A DNA stretch of 64,000 nt from Escherichia coli (GTDB lineage Bacteria; Pseudomonadota; Gammaproteobacteria; Enterobacterales; Enterobacteriaceae): assembly GCF_041886205.1 (NCBI RefSeq), contig NZ_CP169029.1; one strand, given 5' to 3'. The notes under the pieces are model-generated. The model was given only the letters and a program-made list of their open reading frames with translations, did not search any database and was not told the origin of the DNA. A program made the position numbers and the translations under genes. Shown piece after piece: positions 11,002 to 26,600 of this stretch (position 1 is its first letter; each line of letters starts with the position of its first letter).

Positions 11002-13575
11002 ATGCGTCTGGATCGTCTTACTAATAAATTCCAGCTTGCTCTTGCCGATGCCCAATCACTTGCACTCGGGCACGACAACCAATTTATCGAACCACTTCAT
11101 TTAATGAGCGCCCTGCTGAATCAGGAAGGGGGTTCGGTTAGTCCTTTATTAACATCCGCTGGCATAAATGCTGGCCAGTTGCGCACAGATATCAATCAGG
11201 CATTAAATCGTTTACCGCAGGTTGAAGGTACTGGTGGTGATGTCCAGCCATCACAGGATCTGGTGCGCGTTCTTAATCTTTGCGACAAGCTGGCGCAAAA
11301 ACGTGGTGATAACTTTATCTCGTCAGAACTGTTCGTTCTGGCGGCACTTGAGTCTCGCGGCACGCTGGCCGACATCCTGAAAGCAGCAGGGGCGACCACC
11401 GCCAACATTACTCAAGCGATTGAACAAATGCGTGGAGGTGAAAGCGTGAACGATCAAGGTGCTGAAGACCAACGTCAGGCTTTGAAAAAATATACCATCG
11501 ACCTTACCGAACGAGCCGAACAGGGCAAACTCGATCCGGTGATTGGTCGTGATGAAGAAATTCGCCGTACCATTCAGGTGCTGCAACGTCGTACTAAAAA
11601 TAACCCGGTACTGATTGGTGAACCCGGCGTCGGTAAAACTGCCATCGTTGAAGGTCTGGCGCAGCGTATTATCAACGGCGAAGTGCCGGAAGGATTGAAA
11701 GGCCGCCGCGTGCTGGCGCTGGATATGGGCGCGCTGGTGGCTGGGGCGAAATATCGCGGTGAGTTTGAAGAACGTTTAAAAGGCGTGCTTAACGATCTTG
11801 CCAAACAGGAAGGCAACGTCATCCTGTTTATCGACGAATTACATACCATGGTCGGCGCGGGTAAAGCTGATGGCGCAATGGACGCCGGAAACATGCTGAA
11901 ACCGGCGCTGGCGCGTGGTGAATTGCACTGCGTAGGTGCCACGACGCTTGACGAATATCGCCAGTACATTGAAAAAGATGCTGCGCTGGAACGTCGTTTC
12001 CAGAAAGTGTTTGTTGCCGAGCCTTCTGTTGAAGATACCATTGCGATTCTGCGTGGCCTGAAAGAACGTTACGAATTGCACCACCATGTGCAAATTACTG
12101 ACCCGGCAATTGTTGCAGCGGCGACGTTGTCTCATCGCTACATTGCTGACCGTCAGCTGCCGGATAAAGCCATCGACCTGATCGATGAAGCAGCATCCAG
12201 CATTCGTATGCAGATTGACTCAAAACCAGAAGAACTCGACCGACTCGATCGTCGTATCATCCAGCTCAAACTGGAACAACAGGCGTTAATGAAAGAGTCT
12301 GATGAAGCCAGTAAAAAACGCCTGGATATGCTCAACGAAGAACTGAGCGACAAAGAACGTCAGTACTCCGAGTTAGAAGAAGAGTGGAAAGCAGAGAAAG
12401 CATCGCTTTCTGGTACGCAGACCATTAAAGCGGAACTGGAACAGGCGAAAATCGCTATTGAACAGGCTCGCCGTGTGGGGGACCTGGCGCGGATGTCTGA
12501 ACTGCAATACGGCAAAATCCCGGAACTGGAAAAGCAACTGGAAGCCGCAACGCAGCTCGAAGGCAAAACTATGCGTCTGTTGCGTAATAAAGTGACCGAT
12601 GCCGAAATTGCTGAAGTGCTGGCGCGTTGGACTGGGATTCCGGTTTCTCGCATGATGGAAAGCGAGCGCGAAAAACTGCTGCGTATGGAGCAAGAACTGC
12701 ACCATCGCGTTATTGGTCAGAACGAAGCGGTTGATGCGGTATCTAACGCTATTCGTCGTAGCCGTGCGGGGCTGGCGGATCCAAATCGCCCGATTGGTTC
12801 ATTCCTGTTCCTCGGCCCAACGGGTGTGGGGAAAACAGAGCTTTGTAAGGCGCTGGCGAACTTTATGTTTGATAGCGACGAGGCGATGGTCCGTATCGAT
12901 ATGTCCGAGTTTATGGAGAAACACTCGGTGTCTCGTTTGGTTGGTGCGCCTCCGGGATATGTCGGTTATGAAGAAGGTGGCTACCTGACCGAAGCGGTGC
13001 GTCGTCGTCCGTATTCCGTCATCCTGCTGGATGAAGTGGAAAAAGCGCATCCGGATGTCTTCAACATTCTGTTGCAGGTACTGGATGATGGGCGTCTGAC
13101 TGACGGGCAGGGGAGAACGGTCGACTTCCGTAATACGGTTGTCATTATGACCTCTAACCTCGGTTCCGATTTGATTCAGGAACGCTTCGGTGAACTGGAT
13201 TATGCGCACATGAAAGAGCTGGTGCTCGGTGTGGTAAGCCATAACTTCCGTCCGGAATTCATTAACCGTATCGATGAAGTGGTGGTTTTCCATCCGCTGG
13301 GTGAACAGCACATTGCGTCGATTGCGCAGATTCAGTTGAAACGTCTGTACAAACGTCTGGAAGAACGTGGTTATGAAATCCACATTTCTGACGAGGCGCT
13401 GAAACTGCTGAGCGAGAACGGTTACGATCCGGTCTATGGTGCACGTCCTCTGAAACGTGCAATTCAGCAGCAGATCGAAAACCCGCTGGCACAGCAAATA
13501 CTGTCTGGTGAATTGGTTCCGGGTAAAGTGATTCGCCTGGAAGTTAATGAAGACCGGATTGTCGCCGTCCAGTAA
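11002..13575 (+). CDS. clpB: Chaperone/disaggregase ClpB (two AAA+ modules)
   Basis: 857-aa product [18 protein letters not shown]...; two Walker A motifs ([16 protein letters not shown]); RBS gggaggag. ORF track starts 12 nt upstream at an in-frame ATG. Confidence 0.95.
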
Positions 13576-13584
13576 ATGATAAAA

Positions 13585-13608
13585 CGAGCCCTTCGGGGCT
13601 CGTTTTTG
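13585..13608 (+). terminator. clpB rho-independent terminator
   Basis: cgagcccttcggggctcg hairpin then ttttt. Confidence 0.7.
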
Positions 13609-13690
13609 TCTATAAGTTAGACGGGAAAGACTATATTTAAGATGTTTTGCCTGAAAAGTGAGCGAACGATAAAGTTTTTATATTTTTCGC

Positions 13691-13718
13691 TTGTCAGGCC
13701 GGAATAACTCCCTATAAT
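13691..13718 (+). promoter_or_regulatory. rrnG P1 promoter (-35 ttgtca, -10 tataat) with AT-rich UP-element-like sequence upstream
   Basis: Read directly: ttgtcaggccggaataactccctataat. Confidence 0.7.
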
Positions 13719-13808
13719 GCGCCACCACTGACACGGAACAACGGCAAACACGCCGCCGGGTCAGCGGGGTTCTCCTGAGAATTCCGGCAGAGAAAGCAAA
13801 AATAAATG

Positions 13809-13836
13809 CTTGACTCTGTAGCGGGAAAGCGTATTA
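13809..13836 (+). promoter_or_regulatory. rrnG P2 promoter (-35 ttgact, -10 tattat)
   Basis: Read directly: ttgactctgtagcgggaaagcgtattat. Confidence 0.7.
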
Positions 13837-13874
13837 TGCACACCCCGCGCCGCTGAGAAAAAGCGAAGCGGCAC

Positions 13875-13887
13875 TGCTCTTTAACAA
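13875..13887 (+). promoter_or_regulatory. rrn leader boxA antitermination element
   Basis: tgctctttaacaa in the leader between P2 and the 16S 5' end. Confidence 0.6.
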
Positions 13888-14018
13888 TTTATCAGACAAT
13901 CTGTGTGGGCACTCGAAGATACGGATTCTTAACGTCGCAAGACGAAAAATGAATACCAAGTCTCAAGAGTGAACACGTAATTCATTACGAAGTTTAATTC
14001 TTTGAGCATCAAACTTTT

Positions 14019-15560
<1,542 letters not shown>

Positions 15561-15645
15561 CCTTAAAGAAGCGTACTTTGCAGTGCTCACACAGATTGTC
15601 TGATAGAAAGTGAAAAGCAAGGCGTCTTGCGAAGCAGACTGATAC

Positions 15646-15721
15646 GTCCCCTTCGTCTAGAGGCCCAGGACACCGCCCTTTCACGGCGGTAACAGGGGTT
15701 CGAATCCCCTAGGGGACGCCA
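15646..15721 (+). tRNA. gltW: tRNA-Glu (anticodon UUC) in the 16S-23S spacer
   Basis: GTCCCCTTCGTCTAGAGGCCCAGGACACCGCCCTTTCACGGCGG...GGGGACGCCA; anticodon loop CTTTCAC; 76 nt including CCA. Confidence 0.95.
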
Positions 15722-15914
15722 CTTGCTGGTTTGTGAGTGAAAGTCACCTGCCTTAATATCTCAAAACTCATCTTCGGGTGATGTTTGAGATATTTGCTCT
15801 TTAAAAATCTGGATCAAGCTGAAAATTGAAACACTGAACAACGAAAGTTGTTCGTGAGTCTCTCAAATTTTCGCAACACGATGATGAATCGCAAGAAACA
15901 TCTTCGGGTTGTGA

Positions 15915-18818
<2,904 letters not shown>

Positions 18819-18911
18819 ACAACGCCGAAGATGTTTTGGCGGATTGAGAGAAGATTTTCAGCCTGATACAGATTAAATCAGAACGCAGAAGCGGTCTGAT
18901 AAAACAGAATT

Positions 18912-19031
18912 TGCCTGGCGGCCTTAGCGCGGTGGTCCCACCTGACCCCATGCCGAACTCAGAAGTGAAACGCCGTAGCGCCGATGGTAGTGTGGGGTCT
19001 CCCCATGCGAGAGTAGGGAACTGCCAGGCAT
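18912..19031 (+). rRNA. rrfG: 5S ribosomal RNA
   Basis: TGCCTGGCGGCC...GGGAACTGCCAGGCAT, 120 nt. Confidence 0.95.
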
Positions 19032-19042
19032 CAAATCATGCG

Positions 19043-19070
19043 AAAGGCCATCCGTCAGGATGGCCTTTTT
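19043..19070 (+). terminator. rrnG terminator hairpin
   Basis: aaaggccatccgtcaggatggccttttt immediately after 5S. Confidence 0.65.
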
Positions 19071-19090
19071 GCGCTGGCGGCAGAAACAAT

Positions 19091-19130
19091 GCCGGATGCG
19101 ACGCCAGCGCGTCTTATCCAGCCTGCGCGA
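19091..19130. repeat. REP-like (repetitive extragenic palindrome) element
   Basis: gccggatgcgacgccagcgcgtcttatccagcctgcg resembles the REP consensus. Confidence 0.5.
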
Positions 19131-19382
19131 GGACATAAATGATGTAATTTCAGCAAGTTATCTCGACATCCTCTACCTGCAAGTCAAAGTGCTTATTCAC
19201 GATCAATCCCAACCACATCGATTTTCTATATAACCAGAATCCCCCAAAATCATTCTCCTGCTAACGAATTCACATTTGTGGTTGTATAATTATATGCAAC
19301 AATTACATAACATTTAATTCACCAAAAAACAAACAAAGCAATCGACAGAAAACATCAGGTTTATGGCAGGAGTAATATTCAC

Positions 19383-20681
19383 ATGACAGAAAGCACTGTA
19401 ACGACAGGCGATGAACTGACGTCCAAAGAGACCCGCCGTCGCATATGGGCAATTGTAGGGGCATCATCCGGCAATCTGGTAGAGTGGTTTGATTTCTATG
19501 TCTACTCGTTCTGCTCCCTCTACTTTGCTCACATATTTTTCCCTTCAGGTAACACTACTACGCAACTATTACAAACAGCTGGCGTTTTTGCTGCGGGCTT
19601 TCTAATGCGCCCTATAGGCGGCTGGCTATTTGGCCGCATAGCCGATAAACATGGTCGCAAAAAATCGATGCTTTTATCGGTGTGTATGATGTGTTTCGGC
19701 TCACTGATTATCGCCTGTTTGCCAGGCTACGAAACAATCGGTACCTGGGCCCCGGCATTATTGCTTCTTGCTCGTTTATTCCAGGGATTATCCGTTGGCG
19801 GAGAATATGGCACCAGCGCCACCTATATGAGTGAAGTCGCTGTCGAAGGGCGCAAAGGATTCTATGCCTCGTTCCAGTATGTCACGTTAATTGGTGGGCA
19901 ACTGCTGGCGTTACTGGTTGTGGTTGTTCTGCAACAGACGCTTGATGACACCACGTTGAGACAGTGGGGCTGGCGCATACCTTTTGTGATCGGTGCCGTG
20001 TTGGCAATTGTGGCTTTGTGGTTACGTCGCCAGTTAGATGAAACTTCGCAACATGAAACGCGAGCGTTAAAAGAAGCGGGCTCAATGAAAGGGCTATGGC
20101 GCAATCGCCGTGCATTCATGATGGTGCTAGGCTTTACTGCTGCGGGCTCGCTCTGCTTTTACACCTTCACCACCTATATGCAAAAGTATCTGGTCAACAC
20201 CGCTGGTATGCATGCCAACATGGCGAGTGGCATTATGACTGCTGCATTGTTTGTATTCATGCTTATTCAACCACTCATTGGTGCACTGTCGGATAAAATT
20301 GGCCGCCGGACATCAATGTTATGCTTCGGTTCGCTGGCTGCTATTTTTACCGTCCCGATCCTGTCGGCATTGCAGAATGTCACCTCACCTTATGCAGCCT
20401 TTGGGCTGGTGATGTGCGCATTGCTGATTGTCAGTTTTTATACCTCTATCAGTGGCATCCTTAAAGCAGAAATGTTTCCGGCACAGGTTCGCGCCCTGGG
20501 CGTCGGCCTTTCTTATGCAGTTGCTAACGCCTTATTTGGCGGCTCTGCGGAGTATGTGGCGCTGTCGCTGAAATCGGTAGGGATGGAAACAGCATTCTTC
20601 TGGTATGTGACCTTGATGGCCGTGGTGGCGTTTCTGGTTTCTTTGATGCTACATCGCAAAGGGAAGGGGATGCGTCTTTAG
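19383..20681 (+). CDS. kgtP: Alpha-ketoglutarate:H+ symporter (MFS)
   Basis: 432-aa polytopic membrane ORF; position just after rrnG. Confidence 0.92.
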
Positions 20682-21022
20682 TGACGGGTCAGTTGCCAGA
20701 CGGTATAGCCGGTGCTTGCACCGGCGACATCCCAGGCCAAATCCTTCCAGCTCCAGCCGCTCCCTTCGGGGCGGCTATCCCAAAGCTCTTTTGACGCCCC
20801 CAAACTGACAGAGAACATCAATCCAAACATGGCACTGCGATCCCGGCTCATCCCCTGATGCTGTGAATATTCATTTCCGGCGGCGGAAAGCATCGCCGAG
20901 GCGATAAAGTGTTGAGCTTTATCCTGCCCGCTCCAGCTATCGTTAGCCATATGGCTGCATCCAGAAAGTAACAATAGCGAACAGACAAAAAGAATACGCA
21001 AAACGTGGCCTCCAAAAAACAA
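20678..21022 (-). CDS. yfiM: Lipoprotein YfiM (start may be internal)
   Basis: 114-aa ORF with signal peptide and lipobox (LLSGCS); convergent with kgtP, 4-nt 3' overlap. Confidence 0.78.
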
Positions 21023-21046
21023 ACCCCGTACAGGACGGGGTTGTGA

Positions 21047-22402
21047 TTACAGGATGCGGCTAATTAATCGGTCGATGCGGATACGGCGCAAACGGCGGAT
21101 GAGTTTACGAACCTTCACCGGATAATCGGCAATACTTTGCAGATCGCGATAGTGCTTAACGATGGTGGTATGCTCGCGGATCAGCTCCAGTTCTTTCTCT
21201 CGCTGCGGCGCAAGCTCCAGTTGTGGATCGTGGATCAAAATGGCGTTTTCCAGATCCAGACGCCAGGCGCGCGGGTTCAGGTTATTACCGGTGATCAACA
21301 TCCACTTATCATCAACCCACATCCCTTTTAGGTGATAGGTGTTGTCGTCATCTTTCCATAACCGAACCACTAGCTGGTCAGTATTGACGTAATACTGCAA
21401 ACGGCTCAGGAAACGACGCAGATTGATCTCATAGAGATAAGGCAATGCGCCAATTATCTTGAAAGGTTCATCTTCCGGAATGTAGAAGTCATTCGCGGTT
21501 TTATCACCAACAATAATTTCGACCTTTTTCCCTTCGCGCAGCAACTGGATAATATTGCGCACAAGGATTGCAGGCAGGTTGAAGTATGGCGTACAGATGG
21601 TTAGTTTCTGCTCGGCACAAGGCATAAGATGGAAAATGGTTTTGTTCAACAGACTCGATTTCCCCAGCCCCACTAGCGGCGTTACGGAAAGCTGATCGTT
21701 GTCGGCATCGCCCTGGAAATGATAAGCGGCATCACGCAGCTCCTGGCGGAACAGACGAATATCGTTCTTGATTTCCGGGCTTTTTGGCCGATTAACATCA
21801 TCCAGACGATTAACGCCGCGACCATTCATAATATTCTGTGTAACCCATTCAAACATAATGTCTGACATCTTACGGTTACGGATCAGATGATAACGGTCGT
21901 AGCGATATTTATCGTGCTGATGCAGGTAAACATCGTTCAGGCTGGCACCGCTATAAAGTACGCTATCGTCGATGATAAAGCCTTTAAAGTGCAGAACACC
22001 AAGAGCTTCACGGGTATTGATTGGAACGCCATAAACCGGAACATCTACGCCCGGATTTTCCTGCGCCATGCGGCAGTACCAGTCAGCGTTAGTGTTAGAT
22101 GCCGCAGCGCCAATGCGTCCACGTTGTGCACGATGCCAGTCGACCAGCACCCGCACATCCAGTTCCGGACGCTGCCTTTTAGCCTCATACAACGCGTTCA
22201 GAATGCCTTTGCCACCGTCATCCTGTTCGAGATACAGGGCGACAATGCAAATGCGCTGCTTCGCGCTGGCTATTTTTTCCAGCAGCGTCTCCCGGAAGTC
22301 GGCGGGAGCGTAAAAGAAATCGACATCATCAACTGATTGAGAAATCTTGGGTAGTTGGGCAAGGTGTTGTTGATGTTTATTACGCTTAAATTTTGACAAC
22401 AT
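21047..22402 (-). CDS. pssA: CDP-diacylglycerol-serine O-phosphatidyltransferase (phosphatidylserine synthase, PLD superfamily)
   Basis: 451-aa product MLSKFKRNKHQQHLAQLPK...; the ORF track adds one extra Met at the 5' end. Confidence 0.93.
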   Translation of the reverse strand: MLSKFKRNKHQQHLAQLPKISQSVDDVDFFYAPADFRETLLEKIASAKQRICIVALYLEQDDGGKGILNALYEAKRQRPELDVRVLVDWHRAQRGRIGAAASNTNADWYCRMAQENPGVDVPVYGVPINTREALGVLHFKGFIIDDSVLYSGASLNDVYLHQHDKYRYDRYHLIRNRKMSDIMFEWVTQNIMNGRGVNRLDDVNRPKSPEIKNDIRLFRQELRDAAYHFQGDADNDQLSVTPLVGLGKSSLLNKTIFHLMPCAEQKLTICTPYFNLPAILVRNIIQLLREGKKVEIIVGDKTANDFYIPEDEPFKIIGALPYLYEINLRRFLSRLQYYVNTDQLVVRLWKDDDNTYHLKGMWVDDKWMLITGNNLNPRAWRLDLENAILIHDPQLELAPQREKELELIREHTTIVKHYRDLQSIADYPVKVRKLIRRLRRIRIDRLISRIL

Positions 22403-22515
22403 CACAGTGCATTTCTTCTCTGTTCATTGAAGGGTCCTCTGTGCAATGCAGACGACATAAGCGGGCAATAATAACACCAGTCCCGATTAAGTGGTCAACA
22501 TTTCCAGTACCTTAC

Positions 22516-25176
22516 TCATGATTCCTCGCGCTGGGCAAGATTTAGCGTAAGCCCAACGATCCCCTCTTCGAGCTGGATATCAACGTTAAACCCGAGCTTG
22601 CGGGCCAGCGCCACCATGCCACGATTGTTTGGCATCGTAATACCATTCAGACGTTGTAGTCCGTGATCTCGCGTATAGGTAATCAACTTTTCCATTAAGC
22701 GTCGACCTAAGCCTAACCCTTTGAGATCCGAGCGAACCAGCACGGCAAATTCGGCATCGATGTTATCAGGATCGGAAATCGCACGCGTGACGCCGAGGAT
22801 CTCTTCCGTTTGATCAATACGTCGTACCGCTACAAACGCCATTTCCCGATCGTAGTCGATCTGTGTCATGTTGGCTAAATCTTCATGGGTAAATTCGTTG
22901 ATCTCGCTAAAGTAGCGGTAATAAAGATCTTCTTTGGTGACTCGCGAAATGAATTGCTGAAGTTGTGGCTCATCTTCTGGCAAAATCGGGCGGAACAAGC
23001 AGCGTTCACCGTTTTTCAATTCTACCCATTCTTCCAGCTGATGCGGATAAGGGCGCACTGCCAGCCGACTCTCGTTATCGCCTTCAAACGGCGAGATATC
23101 CAGCGTGACATCCAGCGCGGTAAATTCACTGCCAGAAGCCAGCAAAGGATGAATATCCAGACGCTGAATTTCCGGGCAATCGACAATCAAGTTGGAAACC
23201 TGCACCAGAAGCTGGCTCAAGCCTGCAACATCCAATGGGCGTAGCGCACTGCGCGCACGAATCTTTTTACTTTTGATCCCCTGAATAACCAGATAGCGGG
23301 CCAGGTTCATATTCAGCGGCGGCAGTGCGACGACGGCTTGATCTTCAGGACGCCACTCCACACCGCCTTCACCCAGCATGATCAACGGCCCGAAAACCGG
23401 ATCGTGCTCAACCACAACCCGCAACTCCTGAGCGCCAGCACGGTTAGCCATACTTTGCACCAACAGGCCGTGGACCCGCGCCTGTGGCCAGGCCATTTTT
23501 ACGCGATCGAAAATAGCGTTCGCCGCTTGCTGGACTTCATTGGCTGTACGCAGGTAAAGCATGACGCCCTGAACTTCCGATTTATGTGGAATATCCGGCG
23601 AACGCAATTTCAGCGCCACCGGATAACCAATCTGTTCGGCAATATGCACCGCTTCGGTGCTATCGCTGGCAATCCAGGTAGGGAGCGTGTTCATGCCATA
23701 CGCTTGCAGGATGGGCTGAACTTCATGGGTATCGAGCGACGTAGCCCCTTCGGCAATCGCCTGTTGCAACAGAAGATGCGCTTCTGCGGTATTGGAAGTC
23801 AGATTGCTGGGCAACGCCGGCGTTTCGCGTAGTTGCTTCTGATTACGCCGGTACTCCACCATATGCATAAAAGCAGTGATGGTTCCTTCCGGGGTACGGT
23901 AGGTCGGCAGCCCGGCTTCGCTGAATAAACGTCGTGCCTCTTGCGAGGAGTGCTCGCCGCACCAGTTCGTCAGCAAAGAGACATATTTGCTGCGGGGATG
24001 ATGCTTTACCGCTTCAATTAATACTTGCGCGCTTTCTGTTGCGGGAGCAGCGGCGCTGGGCGAATGAATAACCATCAGCGCATCAAAATCCTGGCTGTGG
24101 AGCAGAATGTCCAGCGTTTTGACATAATGCTCGCTGCTGGCGTCATCGCGCAGATCGAGCGGGTTAGAGACTGCCACATGTTCTGGCAATGCATCGCGCA
24201 ATTTCTGGCAGGTTTCTTCGCTTAGCGTTGCCAGCTTGCCATTGCGTGACCATAAGGCATCCAGCGCCAGCGCGGCAGGCGCAGCACCGTTGCTGATAAT
24301 CATCAGCCGGTCGCCACGTAGCGGGCGCATATGGCTAAGGGTTTCCACCGCCGAAAACAGCTCGTGGGTGTCCTGTACCCGCAACAAACCGGCACGCTGA
24401 ATAGCCGCATCCCATGCCGGGTCCATTCCTGCCGTGGTGTTGAGCAGTCGCTGTGCCGCCGGGCTACGTCCGCTTTTAATCACCAGTATCGGTTTATTAC
24501 GCGAGGCACTACGGGCCGCCGAAACAAAGCGTCGCGCGTCGCTTAACTGTTCGAGATAGAGCAGGATGGCGCTGGTTTTACTGTCGCGTGCCAGATAGTC
24601 AAGCAATTCATCAACGTCGATATCCAGGCTGTCGCCGAGCGCAATAAAGTAGGAAAAGCCCATCTTACGCTGTTGCGCCCAGTCGAGGATGGTGTTGGAG
24701 ACGGCAGCCGATTGCGAAATAAACGCCAGCTTGCCGCGTTTAATCGGCACAGGCGAAAAGCTGGCATTCAGACCTTGCCAGGGAGCCAGTAAACCCAGAC
24801 TGTTTGGTCCAAGCAGGCGCATGTTATGGCGCAGGGCGCAGACGCGTAGCTCTTCGTGTTGTGATGCCGGTGCAGAAAGAATAATGCAGGTTTTACAGCC
24901 TTTCTCGCCGAGCTCTTCCAGAAGAGCAAGATTACGGCTGGCATTGGTACATAAAACCGCAAGGTCGGGTGTAAAGGGCAAGCTGGCAATATCCGGCCAG
25001 GCCAACACACCCAACACCTCTTTCCAGGCTGGCGTCACCGGGAGTACCGGTCCGTTAAAGCCTCCCGCCAGCAGGTTACGCATCATCAGGTAACCTGCGC
25101 GATTGGGTTTCATCGACGCGCCAATTACCGCTATCGATTTTGGTCGCAGTAGTGCTTCCAGTCCTCGCTGACTCAT
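22516..25176 (-). CDS. patZ: Protein lysine acetyltransferase PatZ/Pka (NDP-forming acyl-CoA synthetase-like domain plus C-terminal GNAT)
   Basis: 886-aa ORF; CoA-binding N-terminus and C-terminal GNAT domain. Confidence 0.9.
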   Translation of the reverse strand: MSQRGLEALLRPKSIAVIGASMKPNRAGYLMMRNLLAGGFNGPVLPVTPAWKEVLGVLAWPDIASLPFTPDLAVLCTNASRNLALLEELGEKGCKTCIILSAPASQHEELRVCALRHNMRLLGPNSLGLLAPWQGLNASFSPVPIKRGKLAFISQSAAVSNTILDWAQQRKMGFSYFIALGDSLDIDVDELLDYLARDSKTSAILLYLEQLSDARRFVSAARSASRNKPILVIKSGRSPAAQRLLNTTAGMDPAWDAAIQRAGLLRVQDTHELFSAVETLSHMRPLRGDRLMIISNGAAPAALALDALWSRNGKLATLSEETCQKLRDALPEHVAVSNPLDLRDDASSEHYVKTLDILLHSQDFDALMVIHSPSAAAPATESAQVLIEAVKHHPRSKYVSLLTNWCGEHSSQEARRLFSEAGLPTYRTPEGTITAFMHMVEYRRNQKQLRETPALPSNLTSNTAEAHLLLQQAIAEGATSLDTHEVQPILQAYGMNTLPTWIASDSTEAVHIAEQIGYPVALKLRSPDIPHKSEVQGVMLYLRTANEVQQAANAIFDRVKMAWPQARVHGLLVQSMANRAGAQELRVVVEHDPVFGPLIMLGEGGVEWRPEDQAVVALPPLNMNLARYLVIQGIKSKKIRARSALRPLDVAGLSQLLVQVSNLIVDCPEIQRLDIHPLLASGSEFTALDVTLDISPFEGDNESRLAVRPYPHQLEEWVELKNGERCLFRPILPEDEPQLQQFISRVTKEDLYYRYFSEINEFTHEDLANMTQIDYDREMAFVAVRRIDQTEEILGVTRAISDPDNIDAEFAVLVRSDLKGLGLGRRLMEKLITYTRDHGLQRLNGITMPNNRGMVALARKLGFNVDIQLEEGIVGLTLNLAQREES

Positions 25177-25207
25177 ACCGGTCTCCCGCAGAAGTGACCG
25201 AATGATT

Positions 25208-25906
25208 TTAAACGCTTTCTAACTGTTCTGCTGTGATGCTACCCAGATGTTGCGTTTTTCCTGCCAGATAGCGTGTTTTAAAGCGGGTAAAATGCTCGCC
25301 TAACCCTGCTGCCGCCCCGGTATCGCCGGCCATATCTAACAGTGCGATGGCTACCTCGGCAGTACAATATTGGCCTTCAGCCTGGGCTTCACGCAGGCGA
25401 TAGGCAGAAAGCCGGGAAAGATCGACGGAAATGACGGGAAGATTATCCAGATACGGACTTTTACGAAACATCTTGCGAGCTTCCGGCCAGGTACCATCGA
25501 GCATGATAAACAGCGGTGGCTTACCGGCAGGTGGTGTGAAGATCACTTCCCGTTGCTCATCAGCATACGAGGCGGGAAAGACCACCATTGGCTGATAGTC
25601 CGGGTTTTGTACCAGATCCAGCAAATCTTGCGAGGGTTCGGTACGCGACCATTGAAACGCAACGGTATCAGGCAAAATATCAGCAATCAGACGCCCGGTA
25701 TTACTGGGCTTCATTGGCTCGGTGTCGAACATCAGCAAACAGAAGCGACTTTTTGCTTGCGCTGGGGTAATTGTCGAACAGAGACATAATTTCTCTGGTA
25801 AAAGGCAGCGTTGGCAGCGACGAACGCGATTACCGCGGGCAAGAAAAGGACGTGTTGCGCGCGCAATACGCTCGGCGCGTAACTGGAGAACAGCGTTTTC
25901 GGTCAT
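25208..25906 (-). CDS. yfiP: DTW-domain protein YfiP/TapT (tRNA-uridine aminocarboxypropyltransferase family)
   Basis: ORF 25208..25957; start placed at internal Met (232 aa); Cys-rich N-terminus and DTW-type region. Confidence 0.78.
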   Translation of the reverse strand: MTENAVLQLRAERIARATRPFLARGNRVRRCQRCLLPEKLCLCSTITPAQAKSRFCLLMFDTEPMKPSNTGRLIADILPDTVAFQWSRTEPSQDLLDLVQNPDYQPMVVFPASYADEQREVIFTPPAGKPPLFIMLDGTWPEARKMFRKSPYLDNLPVISVDLSRLSAYRLREAQAEGQYCTAEVAIALLDMAGDTGAAAGLGEHFTRFKTRYLAGKTQHLGSITAEQLESV

Positions 25907-25974
25907 AAGAGAGCGTCGAAAAAACGCCATTGTCGCAGAGGAGAAAACGGGGCACAAGATGCGCCCCGGTAAGA

Positions 25975-26394
25975 TTAAAGAGATTCGTTCAGCCAGCTAT
26001 CAAACGGCGCTTTCGGTACTGCGCCATTAAGCATGTCGACAACCTGACCGTTTTTGAAAATCATGATCGTCGGTATACTACGAATTCCAAAGCGGCTGCT
26101 TAATTCACGTTCAGCTTCGGTATTCACTTTCACAAAGCGCACTTTACCGCTACGCTCTTGCGCGACATCTTCAAAAATTGGTGCGAAATTACGGCAGGGG
26201 CCGCACCACGGTGCCCAGAAGTCGATCACCACAGGTAGATCATCTTTCAGCAATTTGTCGAGCGTTTCACCGGTCGCATTAATCACCTCTCCGTCAAACA
26301 AGTCGTGACCGCAGCGTCCGCATTTTGCCGCATCTTCGATCCGATCGTCGGGAATGCGATTGATGGCCTGACAATGGGTACAAACGGTATTCAT
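25975..26394 (-). CDS. trxC: Thioredoxin 2 (N-terminal zinc-finger extension, WCGPC active site)
   Basis: 139-aa ORF with two CxxC pairs at the N-terminus and WAPWCGPC. Confidence 0.94.
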
Positions 26395-26600
26395 AACTAA
26401 CCTCGGGATGAGTAAGGAGACTTATCGGCAACGACGCCGGTATGTTTCTAATATGTTACATATTATCGGGGACATTGTTCCAGACAACAATCTGTTTTAT
26501 TCAATAGGTATGATAGTCGCAGGCTTTGGTACGAAATCATGGCGAACCGCGCGGACTTCGGGTAATCTGCGCGCTTCGCGCAGCGCTGGTGGAGAAAAGC

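Noticed and set aside
12799-13497. 232-aa minus-strand ORF antisense to clpB, and similar antisense ORFs inside patZ, pdxJ (43534..44313), era (41619..42257) and hmp (58595..59233)
   Set aside because: All are nested antisense to strongly supported genes and lack translation signals; treated as ORF-track artefacts.
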